Below are positions 36,356 through 50,985 of a stretch of DNA of 64,000 bases, piece after piece; positions within the stretch are counted from its first letter, which is position 1; each line of letters begins with the position of its first letter. The notes under the pieces were generated by a model. That model searched no databases. It was not told the DNA's origin and saw only the letters and a list, made by a program, of their open reading frames with translations. This stretch comes from Podarcis melisellensis (taxonomy: Eukaryota), in assembly GCA_964234715.1 (NCBI GenBank), contig OZ174275.1. One strand, 5' to 3'. The position numbers and the translations under genes are program-made.

Positions 36356-38104
36356 TACCAAGTATTCAAGTATTCACGTGCATTCTTGTGTTGTACTCCT
36401 TACAACAACCCTGTAAGGTAAGTCAATATTATCATCAATATGGCAGATGGGGGAAATGAGACTGAAAGAGAGCGGCTTGCCTAAGACCACCTAATGAGAT
36501 CATTAAAGAGGTAAGACCGGAATCAGGGAATTGCTAATTTGTAGCTCAGTCACCAGTATGAAACACCACCTCTCTGTGTACACAAAATACAAAGAAGTCA
36601 ACTGACCAGTTATGGGAATCAGTGGGATAAAAGCAGGAACACTGCTCATGTGGAGCTACTGATGCTTCTCAAAAGACCTTAATGTTGCGAAAGAGGAATG
36701 AAGCCCTAAAGAGGGCTTCCATGCTTGAAGAACAGCAGCATATTTTGACTAGGAATCAACAGGGGACCACATGTTGTTTTCCGGTGCAACTTGTTCCAAT
36801 TTCTTTCATCCCTAACCAATTATTCTTCCCCATCCTTAATAAAGCACCTTTTTGGTTTTTTTGCAAAAAGTGTTGTGGGGTTAATAAATAGGGAAAGGTA
36901 GGCACTCTGGAACACTCACTCTCTGAAAACAACAATCAAAGCTTTCTTCTAATTCTTCTTACACCATCAGATACCACTAGAAGTAAGAGTGCTGACCTGG
37001 TGGGAAAGATTTGTGTGAAAGGCTGCACACATTCGGCTCTGCTTTTCACATGTGTGCCCCTGTGCTGTGAGAAATTTTACCAAACTGAATCACCGCCTCT
37101 CGCGGGTTTGAGTGCACATGTGAAGGGACATTGCAGAGCTCCTGGTTTAGAGCAGGCACTACTGTAATTCTCCAGAGAGTTGTGTCAGGGCTGGTAAAAG
37201 CCTGGGAGAAGCTTGCTTGCCGTTCAGAACAGCTGGGATCAGAATCATAACTCCCGCGAGAGATCTACTGCAGACTCCTGAGACACTAGAGGGAGAGAGG
37301 TTCTCAGGGATGAAAATGAGTGATTTACACCACACAGCTTTGCTTAAAGCAGCGCTCCAGTTAAGCAAGAGATTATGGAGCACAGAGCATTTTCACAGAG
37401 ACTGTTATATGTGAGTGATATATAACCCTTTCTGAATTTACTTGCATCTTGGGGTACAGCAAAGAGGATAAGGACTATTTGTCACTGAAATAACAACAAA
37501 ATACTTCCCCCATAAATATTCAGGGGAAAGAGCTAACATCACTTGGCAAGTATATATACTAAGTGCATTTGCTGGAAATCTATATGGTGGCATTTTCCCC
37601 CCCTCCCAGAAATCTATAATGTCTCCATCAATAGGCCAACTCAATCATCAACTCTTGAGAAGTATGGAATATTTTTCTCTTTGAAATGCCCCAGATACCT
37701 TGAAAGTATTTCACACTTGTTGCAGTTCAAACTGTTTGTCATTTAAAGGCATTTTTATGAGCTCCAGGAATAAGTCATCTTTAGGAGGGGTGACTCAGAA
37801 GTCTTAACAGAAGACTCTAGTAGAGTCAGGAGATTTACTGTATATCAAAGCTCTTTTCAAGGTGTAATGTGTAATGTGCGTTTTAATTAGGGGCCTACAA
37901 GATGGCATAGCTTCAAAAGAACCTATTTCCAGATCAGTGCAGTGTTTCCTTTGGACTCTCTTAGAGTTAAGCTTGAAGTGATCACCCACTTCTTGCTTAT
38001 CCTTGTGCTCCTGGTAAGGAAATAGTCAGCCTTCAACACACAATCAGCCTTGACAAGAGTAGGCAAGGGCACCTATAACTGGCACAATAGAGCTGAATAC
38101 TGCT

Positions 38105-38322
38105 GTTTAGCAGGAGATTCCAACTCAACATCAGGAAGAACTTTCTGGCAGTAAAAGCTGTTTGAGAGTGGAACAGTCTCCCTCGGGAGGTTGTGGACTC
38201 TCCTTCCTTGGAGGTTTTTAAGCAGAGGTTGGATGGCCATCTGTCATGGATGCTTTAGTTAAGATTCCTACATTGCAGGAGCTCAGACTATAATTCTACC
38301 AACACTACAATTCCATGATTCT
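38105..38322 (+). mobile_element. CR1 LINE 3' fragment
   Basis: Encodes 'RRFQLNIRKNFLAVKAV*EWNSLPREVVDSPSLEVFKQRLDGHL' and ends in an ATTC(C/T)ATGATTCT-type tail. Confidence 0.8.
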
Positions 38323-38624
38323 TAAGGGGTGTTCTATCTTTTGTTTTATGGTAATATGAGAATAACTGGGAGCATTCTGGTAGTTAATGCTATGACTTGA
38401 AAATGGTTATGCCCAGGGCTTTCTTTTCAGACAGAACTCAGTTTCAACACCTCTCAGGTGGGCACTATTGCCATTATAAGAGAACAAGGGAGGTGTTCAT
38501 GGTGAGTTCTGGTAGCTCCTTTTCTAGAAAAATAGCACTGGTTATGCCTGTTTGTTTACCTGTTTACTACATTTTTATTCCCCCTTGCTTCCAAAATGCT
38601 CAAGATGGCGTACTCACTTCTCCC

Positions 38625-38780
38625 ATGTCTCCTTTTATCCTCACAACAAGCTTTGTGTGGCAGGTTGGACTGAGAGACAGTGACTTAAGGTCACCCAGTG
38701 AGTTTCATGGCTGAGTGGGGATTTGAACCCTGGCCTCCTAAGGTCTAGTGTCCAACACTTTAGCTACCTCACCTCAGCTG
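38625..38780 (-). mobile_element. Old CORE-SINE (MIR-like) remnant
   Basis: Reverse-strand CORE and box-B-like motifs (cctcacaacaa...aaggtcaccc...ggatttgaaccc). Similar remnants near 36390-36570 and 61290-61760. Confidence 0.55.
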
Positions 38781-41671
38781 GTGAAAACCATGAAGGAAAA
38801 TTTCCAAAAACTTTTATCTCCAAGATACTCCCACTGAGGGGCTTACAGAGTGGTCTTTTCTCCCCTGAAGCAAAATAAACTGCACGCGCACATTCACACT
38901 CTGTGCAATCGATATGTACTTTATTCTGTTCTTTATTATCAGGTTTCTCCTCCTCCCCATAATCTGAATTGACTCATTAGCAGTTATTCTCTGCATTCTG
39001 GGAACATGCCCCAGCTGACTCTCTTTGGTTTTTATTTTATTTTTTAAAAGAAGCATTTCAGTACTAGCAGCTTTGTTTTCCCAGCGCTGCAATTATGTCT
39101 CTTTTGCTTGTCACCGGATGGAAGCTCTGGAGGACAGGGTAGTTTAAAAAGCATCAAAACTAGTTAGGGCTGATTTTCTCCACAACACTTATTTAAATCT
39201 GGAGAGAGAGCACACAGAATGATACCTGCTCTCCATTACCTCTCTTCTATTTCACCTGTGACTACGTCCTTATTGACCTACAAATTAGGTACTAGAAAAT
39301 CATCTTCCTCCAGCTCTAGGGAAGTAGGAATCAGCAGCCACCAAGTGATATTACCCATTGTTGTTTCTATTAACTTTATACCTACTGCATCAAATCAAAT
39401 TAATCTCCAGCTTTGCTATTATAAGGACTGCCATGTTTTTTCTCATTTCTGCTCTCTGGCTTACAAGGGTCCTATGTGTTCCAATTAGTGCTAGAGACAA
39501 ATTTAAGCAGCTGCTAGCACCTGCATTTTCGGAGGGAGTTTGTCATTCTTTTTTCTTTTCTTTTTACTTTTGTCCCAATGTGAACCAATGTTTTGCATTG
39601 GACACAATTTAACTTCAATCTGATAGGTTCACAAATTGCCCTCTGAATCAACACCTTAACAGTGTCATAGGGCTTCCATTATGTCCTTTTCCTGCAGCAA
39701 CTGTTTCTCTTCCACTCTGTTTTTTTTTGGGGGGGGGGTTGCTTTAACATTCGCCCTAAAAAGAGTTATGTGAAACTTGAAAGCTACCTCACCACTTCAT
39801 AAACTTTTAGTTGGTCCTAATAAAGGTATTGTGCTTCGTTTGTTCTGTTTCTATCTCTGAAGGGCAAACACAGTTGTACGTCAAGGAAAATATTGGGAAT
39901 GAAGAATAAAAGAGAGAGAAGAAAATAGAATAGGAAGTGAACAGAATGATATAACATATTAGAGCTTTTTGACAAAAACTCAGTATGGAGACTGGAAGCT
40001 GCTTGAAGGAAGAAAGAAAACAACACATTTTTGATATTTCAGAAAATACCTGGGATATAGATGATGAATTGCAGGATGCACTACTAATGAAAATCTAGCA
40101 TGAAGAGGCTTGAATACACAAAAGAAAGAATAACTTCAGTGGTGCCTTTGTACATCAGCTAGGACTGCTGCACTCCTGTTGCCTTGTGAATTGCCTGGGT
40201 ATTCCTCTTAAAATGAAATGTGCATTATTTCAACAAATAAATAAACCACTTGCCTGGGGGCAAACCTTATTAAACTGAATGGGACTTGAATTCTAAATAT
40301 GCAGAGGATGGCACTGCAATTCATCTGACATGGGCTTTATACAGGCATGCAGTCATTTCACCATATGCACAGAATGAACTGCAGGTCAGCAATCATACCT
40401 ACAGGTTAGATATCGACAGTAGAGCATAAACTAAATTATCAGGAAGTAAAGATAATGGAAATAAATATATATATATTCTGAGTGCCAGAGCACAAATACA
40501 ATGCATAAGCCCAACAATCACCAAATATATCAGTTTTGGAAGGATCCAACAGTTTTCATTTTCCTACAGATAGCTGATGAACCTGGAGTTTATGTTGTAG
40601 AATTGGTTTTAATAAGCATCTTTGGGCATAACCAAAGTGGATTGAAACGGCATGTGGATTTTAGGATATGATGAAATGAAGAGTTCTTGAGGCCAGAATT
40701 TAAAGTGAGGATATTCTGGACCGGTAATTTCCAAGGTGTGGTATGTGTGCCCCCAGGAGTACACAAAAGGCTTTCAAAGGGTACATGGCAGAATTATATA
40801 TTTTTAAAAAAAACCTTTATCAAAGGGTTGTTGTTGTTGTTTACCTGCAAAAACAATTCAAAGATAAAATAGGGAAGGGGCATGTGATTATACTGAGTTT
40901 GGGGAAAACATTCAGTTGGTAGAGAACAATGCAGTGACTCGTATGCAGATAAAATTTAGACCAATAGTTCTCAACACCGGTCCTCAGGTATTGAGGCTGT
41001 GGAACTGCAAGATGATATGAGTGGTTGATGCAGTGGCCTCCAAGCACCCTTTCAATCACTGCAAAACTCAATTAGCTCTTGGTTGCTCTGGGAAGCTGCT
41101 GATCCTAAAGCAAATTGCACAAAGACTAGAGAACAAGTAGTGCAAGTCTCACTCTGAAACTGCTGGGTTAGATGGGCCTTTGGCCTAATCCAGTAGGCTC
41201 TCCTTATGTCCTTGGTTATCAGATCTCAGCACATGAACAGAATACTTTGGGTTTATCAATTTCAGTAGTTAGCCGAAGAACCTGGAGCATGAAGCCTTTC
41301 AGGTCCAGGAGGATTGCCTGAAGTCAGCCTCCGAAATGGATGGAGCAGGAAAGCAGTAAATTGTCTATAATACAGACAAAATGGTTGACATTATTGTCCT
41401 AGTAATATCCCAATCTTGCTATTAATAACGGATTTATGGCAGATCCTACTCAAGCATCTTTTAGTTTGCTTTTTCTTTGATGTCGCATTTCAAGCATTTT
41501 AGAGATGTTGTCAGTTTATTAAAGTATTTGGAGGCAAGGCCCAAATTTCATATATTGCAACTAACTTCACTGGCCCTATCCACCACCTACAAATATGTTT
41601 TGCTGTAAATTACTGGAACTGTTTCTGTTGATAGTCAGCATAATCAAACATTTGTAAGCAGGCTGTCTCTT

Positions 41672-41811
41672 NNNNNNNNNNNNNNNNNNNNNNNNNNNNN
41701 NNNNNNNNNNNNNNNNNNNNNNNNNNNNNNNNNNNNNNNNNNNNNNNNNNNNNNNNNNNNNNNNNNNNNNNNNNNNNNNNNNNNNNNNNNNNNNNNNNNN
41801 NNNNNNNNNNN
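41672..41811. other. Assembly gap (N run)
   Basis: N bases. Confidence 1.
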
Positions 41812-42495
41812 TCAGACAGCCATTAGCTTAGCTCCTGTGTGAATTCGATTAATTGGCTGAATTCTTCCAGATGTCCATTAAGTATTACAGGAATTTCTAT
41901 GTAAAAACAGCAGGGACTGCCTAGCAAAGAACTAAACAATGATATGTTATATTGCTGCCATGACTTACAAAAAGCTGGATTCATTTTCATTAATAAAACA
42001 TCTGTACTCTTGCACAGCTATGCATCAAAATGCATTTATTTTATGTTTATGCCTCTTATGACTATAAATAGATGGTTAAACAGAAGCACAGTGTGTTCTA
42101 AAACATGACACATCATAGCCACCAAAATGCATTGGGGGTGGGGGTGGGGGTGGAGATAGATGTGTTAATACATAGAATGAGCATCTTAGAGCTGTACCAG
42201 GAAAGGCAGCTACTTCCAGCTTAAGACTATTTCACATAAGGTCTATTTTCAGGGAAACTGCAAAACATTCACCTCTTAAATGCTTTAAACATTTACTTGA
42301 ATATGAGTTTATTTAGCATGCCCGAGGAACACACCCCTCTGGTATTTTTGCTACATAAAAGAGATCTTACAAAACAAGATAATTGGGAACTATTATTGTG
42401 TGTAGTACTCATTTCTTAAAACAATTAGTTTCATTTACATACATATCTGTCCATCATGGAGGTAGTCTTCCATCCAGGAACTGGCCACACCAGGC

Positions 42496-42532
<37 letters not shown>

Positions 42533-43015
42533 CTTTATTGTCATTGTACAACCTGTGCACAATGAAATTAAACGAGCCTCTCCGCCCCCCCCAACACTTA
42601 ATCTCTTATCAAACAACACACCACCTCGCAAGTCAATTTCACTATGTTATTTTTCATTCAGCAGCTTAACAGCCCACAGATAGAAGCTATTTTTTAGCCT
42701 GTTGGTACGGCTGATTATGCTTCTATATCTCCTGTCCAAGGGTACACGATTAAAGAGGTGGTGGCCAGGGTGTGAGTCATCCCTGAGAATTTTTCTCACT
42801 CTGCTAAGGCAATGATCCCTTGCAATGTAATCTAGCGGACTCAAGGGACAGCCCATGATATCATGTGCTGTGTTCACCACCCTCTGTAGAGACTTTCTGT
42901 CCGTGGCTGTCGGGCCAGCATACCACACTGTGATACAATATGAAAGGACACTTTCTATTGTGGACCGGTAAAAGGAGCCCATCAGTTTTTGTTTAACATT
43001 ATTCTTTCGCAAGAC
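42496..43015 (-). mobile_element. Rex1/Babar-type LINE, 5'-truncated, with a (TTA)n tail
   Basis: ORF 42647-43012 'FYRSTIESVLSYCITVWY...LQRVV...DSHPGHHLF...RYRSI..RTNRLKNSF' is the Rex1-family RT C-terminus. AAT microsatellite at the 3' end. Confidence 0.8.
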
Positions 43016-43994
43016 CCTTACTTAGCTTCAGCAAGATGGTGGCCTCATGTGCCTTCAGACATATCCTGGGAATAAAAGTTCTTAATGATTGTGGGTTGCT
43101 CACTTGTTTCTGGATTCATTTATGTGGTGTTGTCACCTACAGTGGAAATGAACATTAGAAAAAGAGTAGTAGATGGCTTGGCATCAGAGAAAAAGTTTTA
43201 AAATTTTGTTGAGTTATTTATTTATATCCCACTCTTTTACGAAATTTACCCTGAGTGGCTTTATAGCATAGCCATAACATTATACAATATAATCATCAAA
43301 TTCCAACTAACAAACGCTTCTCTTAAAAATATAGAAAAAATATAATGCAACCCACACTAAAAATGTAAGAGGAAATTAAAGATGCCACATTGGCAGCAAT
43401 GAAATTAGGGGGTTGCATGTTAGAAGCCTGTTCAAACAGGGACATGTTCAGTTGCCAATGGAAAAGACAGAAAGAGAGAGCTTGGTGGATTTTGAATGGC
43501 AAAGTGTTCCAGGGCTCCAGGGCTGCTCCCTCTCTTGTCTTCATCTGAGGAACGTCCCAGTACAGTACCCAGAGCAAAGCTTGTGAAGTTGCTCTTAACT
43601 CCCAGTCAGGCCTTTATGGATGCAAGCAGTCCCTAAAGCAGGGACTGCTAACTCGTGGCCTTCTAGAAGTTATTGGACCCCAACTTCCATCAATGGTCAG
43701 GGATGGTGGGACTTTTAGTCCAGTAACATCTGGAATGCCACAAGTTAGCCATGCCTGCTTTAGGGCATCAATAGTTGCTGGGCTGGAATCATACTTTGGA
43801 TTGAATGTGGAAGCAAAGAAGAAGCCAGTGGAGCTTCTCCCCTTCATTCCCCCTGTCCCTACTGCCAAGAAAAGAAGCCCTGCATTTAAAAATGGGGGTG
43901 GAGGGCAAAACACCAACACCAGCACCAGTGGGGGCAGTAACAGAGGGAGCTTGGGGTCATCTAGACCTTCCCCTTACCACCTCATGCCACTGCT

Positions 43995-43995
43995 G

Positions 43996-44043
<48 letters not shown>

Positions 44044-44425
44044 TTTATTTATACCCCGCCCATCTGGCTGGGCTTCCCCAGCCACTCTGGGCAGCTTCCA
44101 AAAAAAAGTTAAAATACTGTAATACATCAAACATTAAAAGCTTCCCTAAACAGGGCTGCCTTCAGATGTCTTCTAAAAGTCTGGTAGTTGTTCTTCTCTT
44201 TGAGATCTGGTGGGAGGGCGTTCCACAGGGAGGGCGCCACTACTGAGAAGGCCCTCTGCCTGGTTCCCTGTAACTTGGCTTTTCGCAGTGAGGGAACCGC
44301 CAGAACGCCCTCAGTGCTGGACCTCAGTGTCCGGGTAGAACGATGGGGGTGGAGACGCTCCTTCAAATATACTGGACTGAGGCTGTTTAGGGCTTTAAAG
44401 GTCAGCACCAACACTTTGAATTGTG
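43995..44425 (-). mobile_element. L2-clade LINE 3' fragment with microsatellite tail
   Basis: 'QFKVLVLTFKALN...P.RTLRSS...RAFSVVAPSLWNALP...FRRHLKAALF' is the L2 ORF2 C-terminus. Confidence 0.85.
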
Positions 44426-45764
44426 ATGGTGAAGAGGGGAACAAAGAGGAGAAAGATGTGAGGTGGGCAGCAGTAACAGAAGAGGACAGTTGTTAGGGAG
44501 CTGCCCTGCCCTGCCTGTTCCTCTGAGGTTCATTTGGGTCAGTTGTCCACCGGCCTGGATTGTCCACCTGCTGTTCTGTCGTCATGCAACAGTTCACAGG
44601 GTTGCCTATTGGTGGCTACACAAACTGCAGAATGACAACATCCCTACAATTTTATTATATACCAAGATTAATACATGTCAATGAAGCTTGCACATGAGAA
44701 TTTGCTGCTATACTGTGCCCCATGTTAACCAACGGAGGGGATGCCATGTGCATTTCCAAAGTGTATTGGGCCAGCCTTTACATTGATCCTCTGTAACAAG
44801 GCACACATCTGGATGTGCTGCAAGCTCTTACGATAATAAGATTGTCCTGTGTAATTTATTTTCTGCTTAATGTATCTCCCATTTTACTTCTTCCCTTCCC
44901 GTTTCTTCTTACTTTTATCATACTCTCAATTGCACACCTGTTATACGCACAAATATAATGTGTGTGTGAGTGCGTGCACATGTGTGTAGTTTGGTAAAGT
45001 TCAATGCTATTTCCATTAAGGGGCAACAAACTTCTCTATAAAAATGTAAACAATGCAGGAAGAGTAATAATGCAGCAGTGTATTCTGAGTCATTGTGATA
45101 AATGCTCTTGTAACTTAGCAAACAGCCAAGCCTGTAAAATGAATGCATTTAAGGAAACATATAACAACAGTCTATGCACTGCTTCACTAGATGCTCTTTA
45201 AAAATGTGAGTTTTTAAGGTTATGCCTAGTGAATAGCTAGTAGGTTGATATTTTGTGTCAAAGCATTAGTCTGAAAAGCTGATGTTTGAGATGAGAATGC
45301 ATCTCTATGTGGAAGGTTAAGCCTCAAATCAGAAGGTCAGTTTGTAGCATTATGAGTTGCTATATTCAGTAATGCACCTGGATAAAAAGCATTTTTTAGA
45401 TTTCTTACATTTTTAGAAATAAAACTCATGCATTGTCATAAAACTGCAGTTTTTAAAAAGAAAAGAGAATTAGGCAAGCCAAACAATTGGTAATTTGTAA
45501 TGTATAACAGTTTTCACTTTCATTGAAACATGGCAAACATGGACAAATGACAACTTCTTTTGAAGCCCGAGGTACTGAAAAATTAAATCAGCAGGCTTTG
45601 TTATTGATGTTGTTTCTAGCACGAACGTTTTGAAATCCTTCCCTTTCATGTGACTCTTAGAAATAAACGGGATTGTAGGTTGAATCATTTTAGAGATTAA
45701 TTCCTCTAACAGATTCATATCCAATCCTCTGGTGTTTTCCCTCCATGTCACTTTTGCCCCCTAA

Positions 45765-46065
45765 AAACTGGCTGTAGGACCTTTTGCAGGATAAAGAAAA
45801 CAAGAAGAGCCTGTTGAATCTGCCAGTGACTCGTTTGGTCCAGCATCCTATTCTCACAGGGGCCAAGCAAATGCCTATGCCATGGGAAGCCCACAAGGAG
45901 GACCGGAGAACAACATTACTCTCCCCACCTGCAGTTTCCAGTAACTAGTATTCAAAGCATATGGCCTCCAATAGTGGAGGGAGACTAATAGCCCTCAGAG
46001 TTAGTAGCACTGATAGAGTTATCCTCTGTGAATTTGTCTAATCCTCTTCTAAAGCCATCTAAGAA
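45765..46065 (-). mobile_element. CR1 LINE 3' fragment (degraded)
   Basis: Minus-strand 'LDGFRRGLDKFTEDNSI' followed by a reptile CR1-type 3' UTR. Confidence 0.6.
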
Positions 46066-46382
46066 AGACTCATCACTGGATTTGGAAGAACCACCAATGA
46101 CCCTCTTCAAAGTGGCAAGAGGTAAAGGGAGCAAATCAAATGGGCAAAGAGATCTCTCACCTGTGCAAATATTGGGGGGGGGGAGATGTAAGTGGGTGGA
46201 CTCTGAAAGATCCACATACCAATTTTAACCTGCAAGATTAAATCTGCAAGATCCACACACCAATTTTCTTCAGTTGTCAGCAAATTATGGGCTTCCCTTT
46301 AGCCTTCTAAAATTTATAGTTAAGAAGGCCATCACAAAAGGTAAAGTTGAGTGAGTACCCTCTAGCTACCTCCCTACCCTGT

Positions 46383-46520
46383 NNNNNNNNNNNNNNNNNN
46401 NNNNNNNNNNNNNNNNNNNNNNNNNNNNNNNNNNNNNNNNNNNNNNNNNNNNNNNNNNNNNNNNNNNNNNNNNNNNNNNNNNNNNNNNNNNNNNNNNNNN
46501 NNNNNNNNNNNNNNNNNNNN
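46383..46520. other. Assembly gap (N run)
   Basis: N bases. Confidence 1.
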
Positions 46521-47093
46521 TGAGTAAACTGACAGTGCCTCCTTCTTTCATGTTCTCTGTTCTGCTCAGGGGACTTGGGAAAGAATAGGTTCTCTCACTT
46601 TATGCTGGACAGCCAGGAAGCATGGAACAGACTTGTGGTGTCTCTAATTTTCCCGAGAGCCTTATGTGGTCCAAGGGGAAAGGCAGTGAGGTCAGCTTAA
46701 TTGGGCTCTTACAGGTCTCCAGGTCCTGGCATTTGTCCAAATGAGCCAACCTCTGGCACTAGTCATGATGATGTCCACTTCATTCCCTTCTTAAAAAAAA
46801 AAGTGGTTAATAGATCTCTGTTGAGGGGAAACAACCATTTACTGTAACTAGGCTTGTGGAGATGTGGGAAATTTTTGACCAGTCTATAACTTCCCTTTTT
46901 TCAGTGCTTTTTTCTGGGGTACTCAAGGGTATGCAGTACCAGCACTTTTTTCTAGAAGAAAAGCACTGCTTTTTTACATAAGATATTGGAGCTGTTAGTT
47001 CTTTCAACATTTTGGGCATTCCTGGATGAAGAAGATTTATCTTTATCTATTTCAGCTGAGCTTTATGCCTCTCCCTGAGATGCCAGTACAAGA

Positions 47094-47467
47094 TATTATG
47101 GGAACTGAATGGCTGCCACTGAAAGTGTTACACTCCCATCATCAACATACTCATGGGGTGGGGGAGAGGAGGGACCAGCCAGGTGACAAGATACTCAGGT
47201 TACCTCCCGCAACCCCTCCTTTTTGTGATGTATCAGTGATGTAGTCGTGATGTAGTTGTGATGTAGTTCTAGGGGTGTAGCTTGGGGGATTAGTAGCTAA
47301 TAAAAGTTGTTCAGGGCTTCCATCTTGTTTCACCTGGTGGCAGGTGGGAGTCCTGTCGCGACAGTCTTCAGTAAAGACCAAGCCTACTGGCTGCTGTTTT
47401 GCTCTGGTGTTCCTGGCTGGTGTCCTTGTTTTTTGTCCAAGGGAGCCCTCAGATTTCTCCGTTAACA
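47094..47467 (+). mobile_element. Possible old solo LTR
   Basis: T(A)TTATGGG...CCGTTAACA quasi-inverted ends and internal AATAAA (~47299). TSD only partial (aaga/aagg). Confidence 0.35.
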
Positions 47468-48694
47468 AAGGAACCAGGCAATGATTATAGACATAATTTT
47501 CTCTAAATGAGTTGTGTTGTGTTTTTTAAGAGTCCTCCTTCAGTAATTCCAGAACCCCCTATGCCACCTCTACAGTAATCTACCTTACAAATGAGAAAGT
47601 TGTGATTATAATTTGTCATTATTATAAATATAGGATGATGGGAACTATGTGCATCATATAGAAATTTTTAGAAAGGTCATTGATTTTTTTTTTTTTGAAA
47701 AGGCCCTACATCTGCAAATAGGAGAAGGACAAAGGTTTGGATGGATGACTAGGGGGGTGGAGTAAGCAATTCAGGGTGGAAAAAGGGAAGCGTTTTTGAG
47801 AGATAGATAGATAGAAGGTGGAAATATAACAAAGTGGTTTACAGGAGGGGAAGGTCAAAAGACAAGTATAATTAGTGATTCAAAGATAGCACAGTACTTA
47901 AAAGGAAGTAGTTAGAAGAAGCATTAATGGTTTTTACTACTACTGTAAAAGGGCAGGAAGGTTTTCCTTTCGTAAGTGGAAATGAGTAACGTCAGTGGGG
48001 AAAATATAAAAGTTGTAGTTGTTAAAAACAAAAACAAAAAACCTGGAGCAGAAATTTAAGCGCAATACTTTTGACTGAGCACACCAAATACTATGGAGCT
48101 TTAAGTGGGACATGTTTCACATTTTATTTGTGGCCACAGAACATAAAGATGTAGGCATTACAAATAAAAGAGACTTTTGAAAGTGTGGCCTATTATGCCT
48201 TTCCATTACTGTAGTTGTTTTTCAAAGAACCAGGCAGGAAACAATGATTTTAGACTATCCAGTCCCTGAATATATTTATATTGTTCCACAGCACACTACC
48301 CCAAACAATGAGAGGTGCAAAATTCTAGGGGTTCCAGGTACTTACCCAGGTTTCATGTTTCTTTTGGAATGAGGGACAGGTGGGATACATAATATATGGT
48401 TTATTTACACATATTTACAACCTGAGCCCATGATGAAGGGCTTCACAGCATTAACACCCCAAGAGGGCCCTGCTTCTTCCATAGCCACAGCCTTGGATTC
48501 CATCAAAAATCAGGCATGGCTCTCTCTCTTCCTTCCCAGCCTGCTGCCTTGCTTCCAGCTTACATAACTCAACTCTCAACTCTTGGCTATCCCAAGAATT
48601 TTGAATCCTTGCTTAGATTTTAACACTTTCCGGATATAGGAATTAGAAGGCATGCAGCCAACTGCCCCAGACAACCTCATAACAGTATGTTATA

Positions 48695-48936
48695 CAGTGG
48701 TACCTCAGGTTAAGTACTTAATTCGTTCCGGAGGTCTGTACTTAACCTGAAACTGTTCTTAACCTGAAGCACCACTTTAGCTAATGGGGCCTCCTGCTGC
48801 TGCTGCGCTGCCGGATCACAATTTCCGTTCTCATCCTGAAGCAAAGTTCTTAACCTGAGGTAATATTTCTGGGTTAGCAGAGTCTGTAACCTGAAGCCTA
48901 TGTAACCTGAAGCGTATGTAACCCGAGGTACCATTG
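48695..48936. mobile_element. Tigger/pogo-like MITE (family A)
   Basis: TIR CAGTGGTACCTC.GGTTA with TA flanks. Other copies at 55675-55889 and 63786-64000. Confidence 0.85.
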
Positions 48937-49034
48937 TACAGTGGTACCTTGGTTTACAACCATAATCTGTTCCGGTTGTCAACCAAAACAGGTTGTAACC
49001 CAAGGTGTGCTTTTGCCAATGGGGCCTCCCCCCC

Positions 49035-49625
49035 TGTAGGAATGAAAATCACGGGAGACGAGTAGTAGGTGTCATGTGAGAGGCGTCTGCCGGGGAAGTC
49101 CCGGGACCTCTCTTTTATTGAATATTACAAGCATTGCCACAGGTGTGGTTGTGGCTGATTGGTTGATACAAACACAAAGAAACTCATTGCCTATTGGTTA
49201 ATGCAAATGCAAGGCGGGAATTACATGTGAGGGGTGGGAATTACATGTGAACATTAATCACTGGTAGATTAAAGGCTGGGAAACAAGGTTGGGACTAGAC
49301 AAGCATGAAACCTCCTAATTAATTATATGGCATAAAACAATTACTAATGATTGATCATAACATATAACAATCGAGTTCCGTAGATGTGGTCAGCTATGCA
49401 CTGAGAACAGGTCAACATGAACTTAAGATGAATTGAGCAAAGGAAAGAATGTCTTGGTGTTTGGAACAGGTTCGTACAGTGTGTGCAGAAACAGAGAAAA
49501 GATCATGAGCGAGAGTTCCCAGAATGCAAGAGAAAAGAAGCAATGCTTCCCATAGCAAGACTTCCCATAAGGCCACAGTTATGTGTAGAGGGAAAGCATA
49601 TGTGCAGAAGGAAAACTTCCCTTTA
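49035..49625 (-). repeat. ERV LTR, left copy (3' LTR of the minus-strand provirus; may extend to 49797)
   Basis: Follows env and PPT on the minus strand and ends in CCTACA. Contains CCAAT x2, an octamer and AATAAA. Confidence 0.8.
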
Positions 49626-49811
49626 TCTCCCCCTTTCTTTTCTTTTTTGCGAGGCGTACTGGGTAAATAAGGCAAAAATATTTCGGGATTAGTGGTGTGC
49701 CAGCAAATGCCCAAAATAAGTTCGCCAGGGAGGATGGGACAGAAGATACTACGAGATACGTGGTTTGCCAACGCATGCTCGAAATAAATCTGCCCATATC
49801 TCCCCTTTGGT

Positions 49812-50985
49812 TTACAATTGGTATCGCCACTTTGCAAAATAAGCAGCGAGGATTTTATTGGGTGGTTGAGGGGGAGAGAGAAGCCGAGAGAAAAGACTTA
49901 TGAGGCCAGGAATGCATTGGAGGAAGCAGCATAGTAAGATCAACATGCAAATTATGACAATAGCATATTGAAAGAGATTACGAAGCCAAATAAGGTTTGG
50001 TAACCAAGCGGTAAGCCACTGGGTGAAAGAATCCCAGAAAGCAGGAAGACCAACATCCTGTTTGATATGATGTGTGAGATTTTGCAAATGAGAGATTTGT
50101 TTTTGAAAAGCCTTAGAATTGTCAGTGATATTAAAACAGCACATGTTTTCCACTTGTTCGCATCCGTAGTGATGGAGCATCAATAGGTAATCGATAGCAG
50201 CGTGGTAAGAGTCCATGACGCAATTCACTCTGTTCTTTATTCAAAAGGTGAAGAGCTTGTGAAGTAGAATTCAAGGCTTTTGCTGCGGAGCAAGCTAAAG
50301 AGTTAATATTTCTGCTATTTCGTACAGCCAATCCAGGAACTCCTAAAAGAGAGACAGCTAGAGAGAAATATTCAGATCTGCTAGGGAGAAAAACAAAATC
50401 GTTATAATCATTAGTCAATTGCACAGAGCGTCAATATCGAGAGCGGGACAAATGATGCTTTTTTGGTAAAATAATAGACATACGGCTTAAACAGCAAGGT
50501 GTGACATGGCTGATGTTTGCAGGAATGTAATTAAACGTAAAGCCTGGATACGACCAAAACCAGCCGTCAGGCAGCTCTGTGTATTTATATATATATGAAA
50601 TATTTACATAATCAGAACAATTGAAGTTATCCTTGCCCATTTTTACACTGTTGGTTTTTGTGCAGTTCACCATACGGGCACAAGTAACATTAAAGGAAGC
50701 CACGTATGGGGTCATGGAATTGGCTGCGTGGAAAAATGATGCAAAACTTTAACAGCAGCTGCCAGCTCAGCATGCTGGGCAAACTTCTGTGGAAGAATGT
50801 AGAGGCTGTGCCATTTATCATTTTGTAGCCATGCAACGACCCCCCTGGAGGGGGCTCCATTAGTAAACACAGTAAGGGCATCCAACAGGACAGGGCTACT
50901 GCGCTATGCTTAAATTCACTTTCAAAAACTACATATTGAGCAGCATTTAAAAGCATTTGGTTGGCTGCCAAATTTGGATTGGCTC
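49812..50985 (-). pseudogene. env: ERV env pseudogene (partial SU plus TM), alpharetrovirus/gamma-type TM
   Basis: ISD-like 'HAAIDYLLMLHHYG', CX6CC 'CEQVENMCC' and a TM helix. Stop codon in the furin site (RSRY*R) and frameshifts. Confidence 0.85.

Noticed and set aside
48305-48684. Possible additional solo LTR ending ...CATAACA
   Set aside because: No matching TG start with a TSD could be identified.
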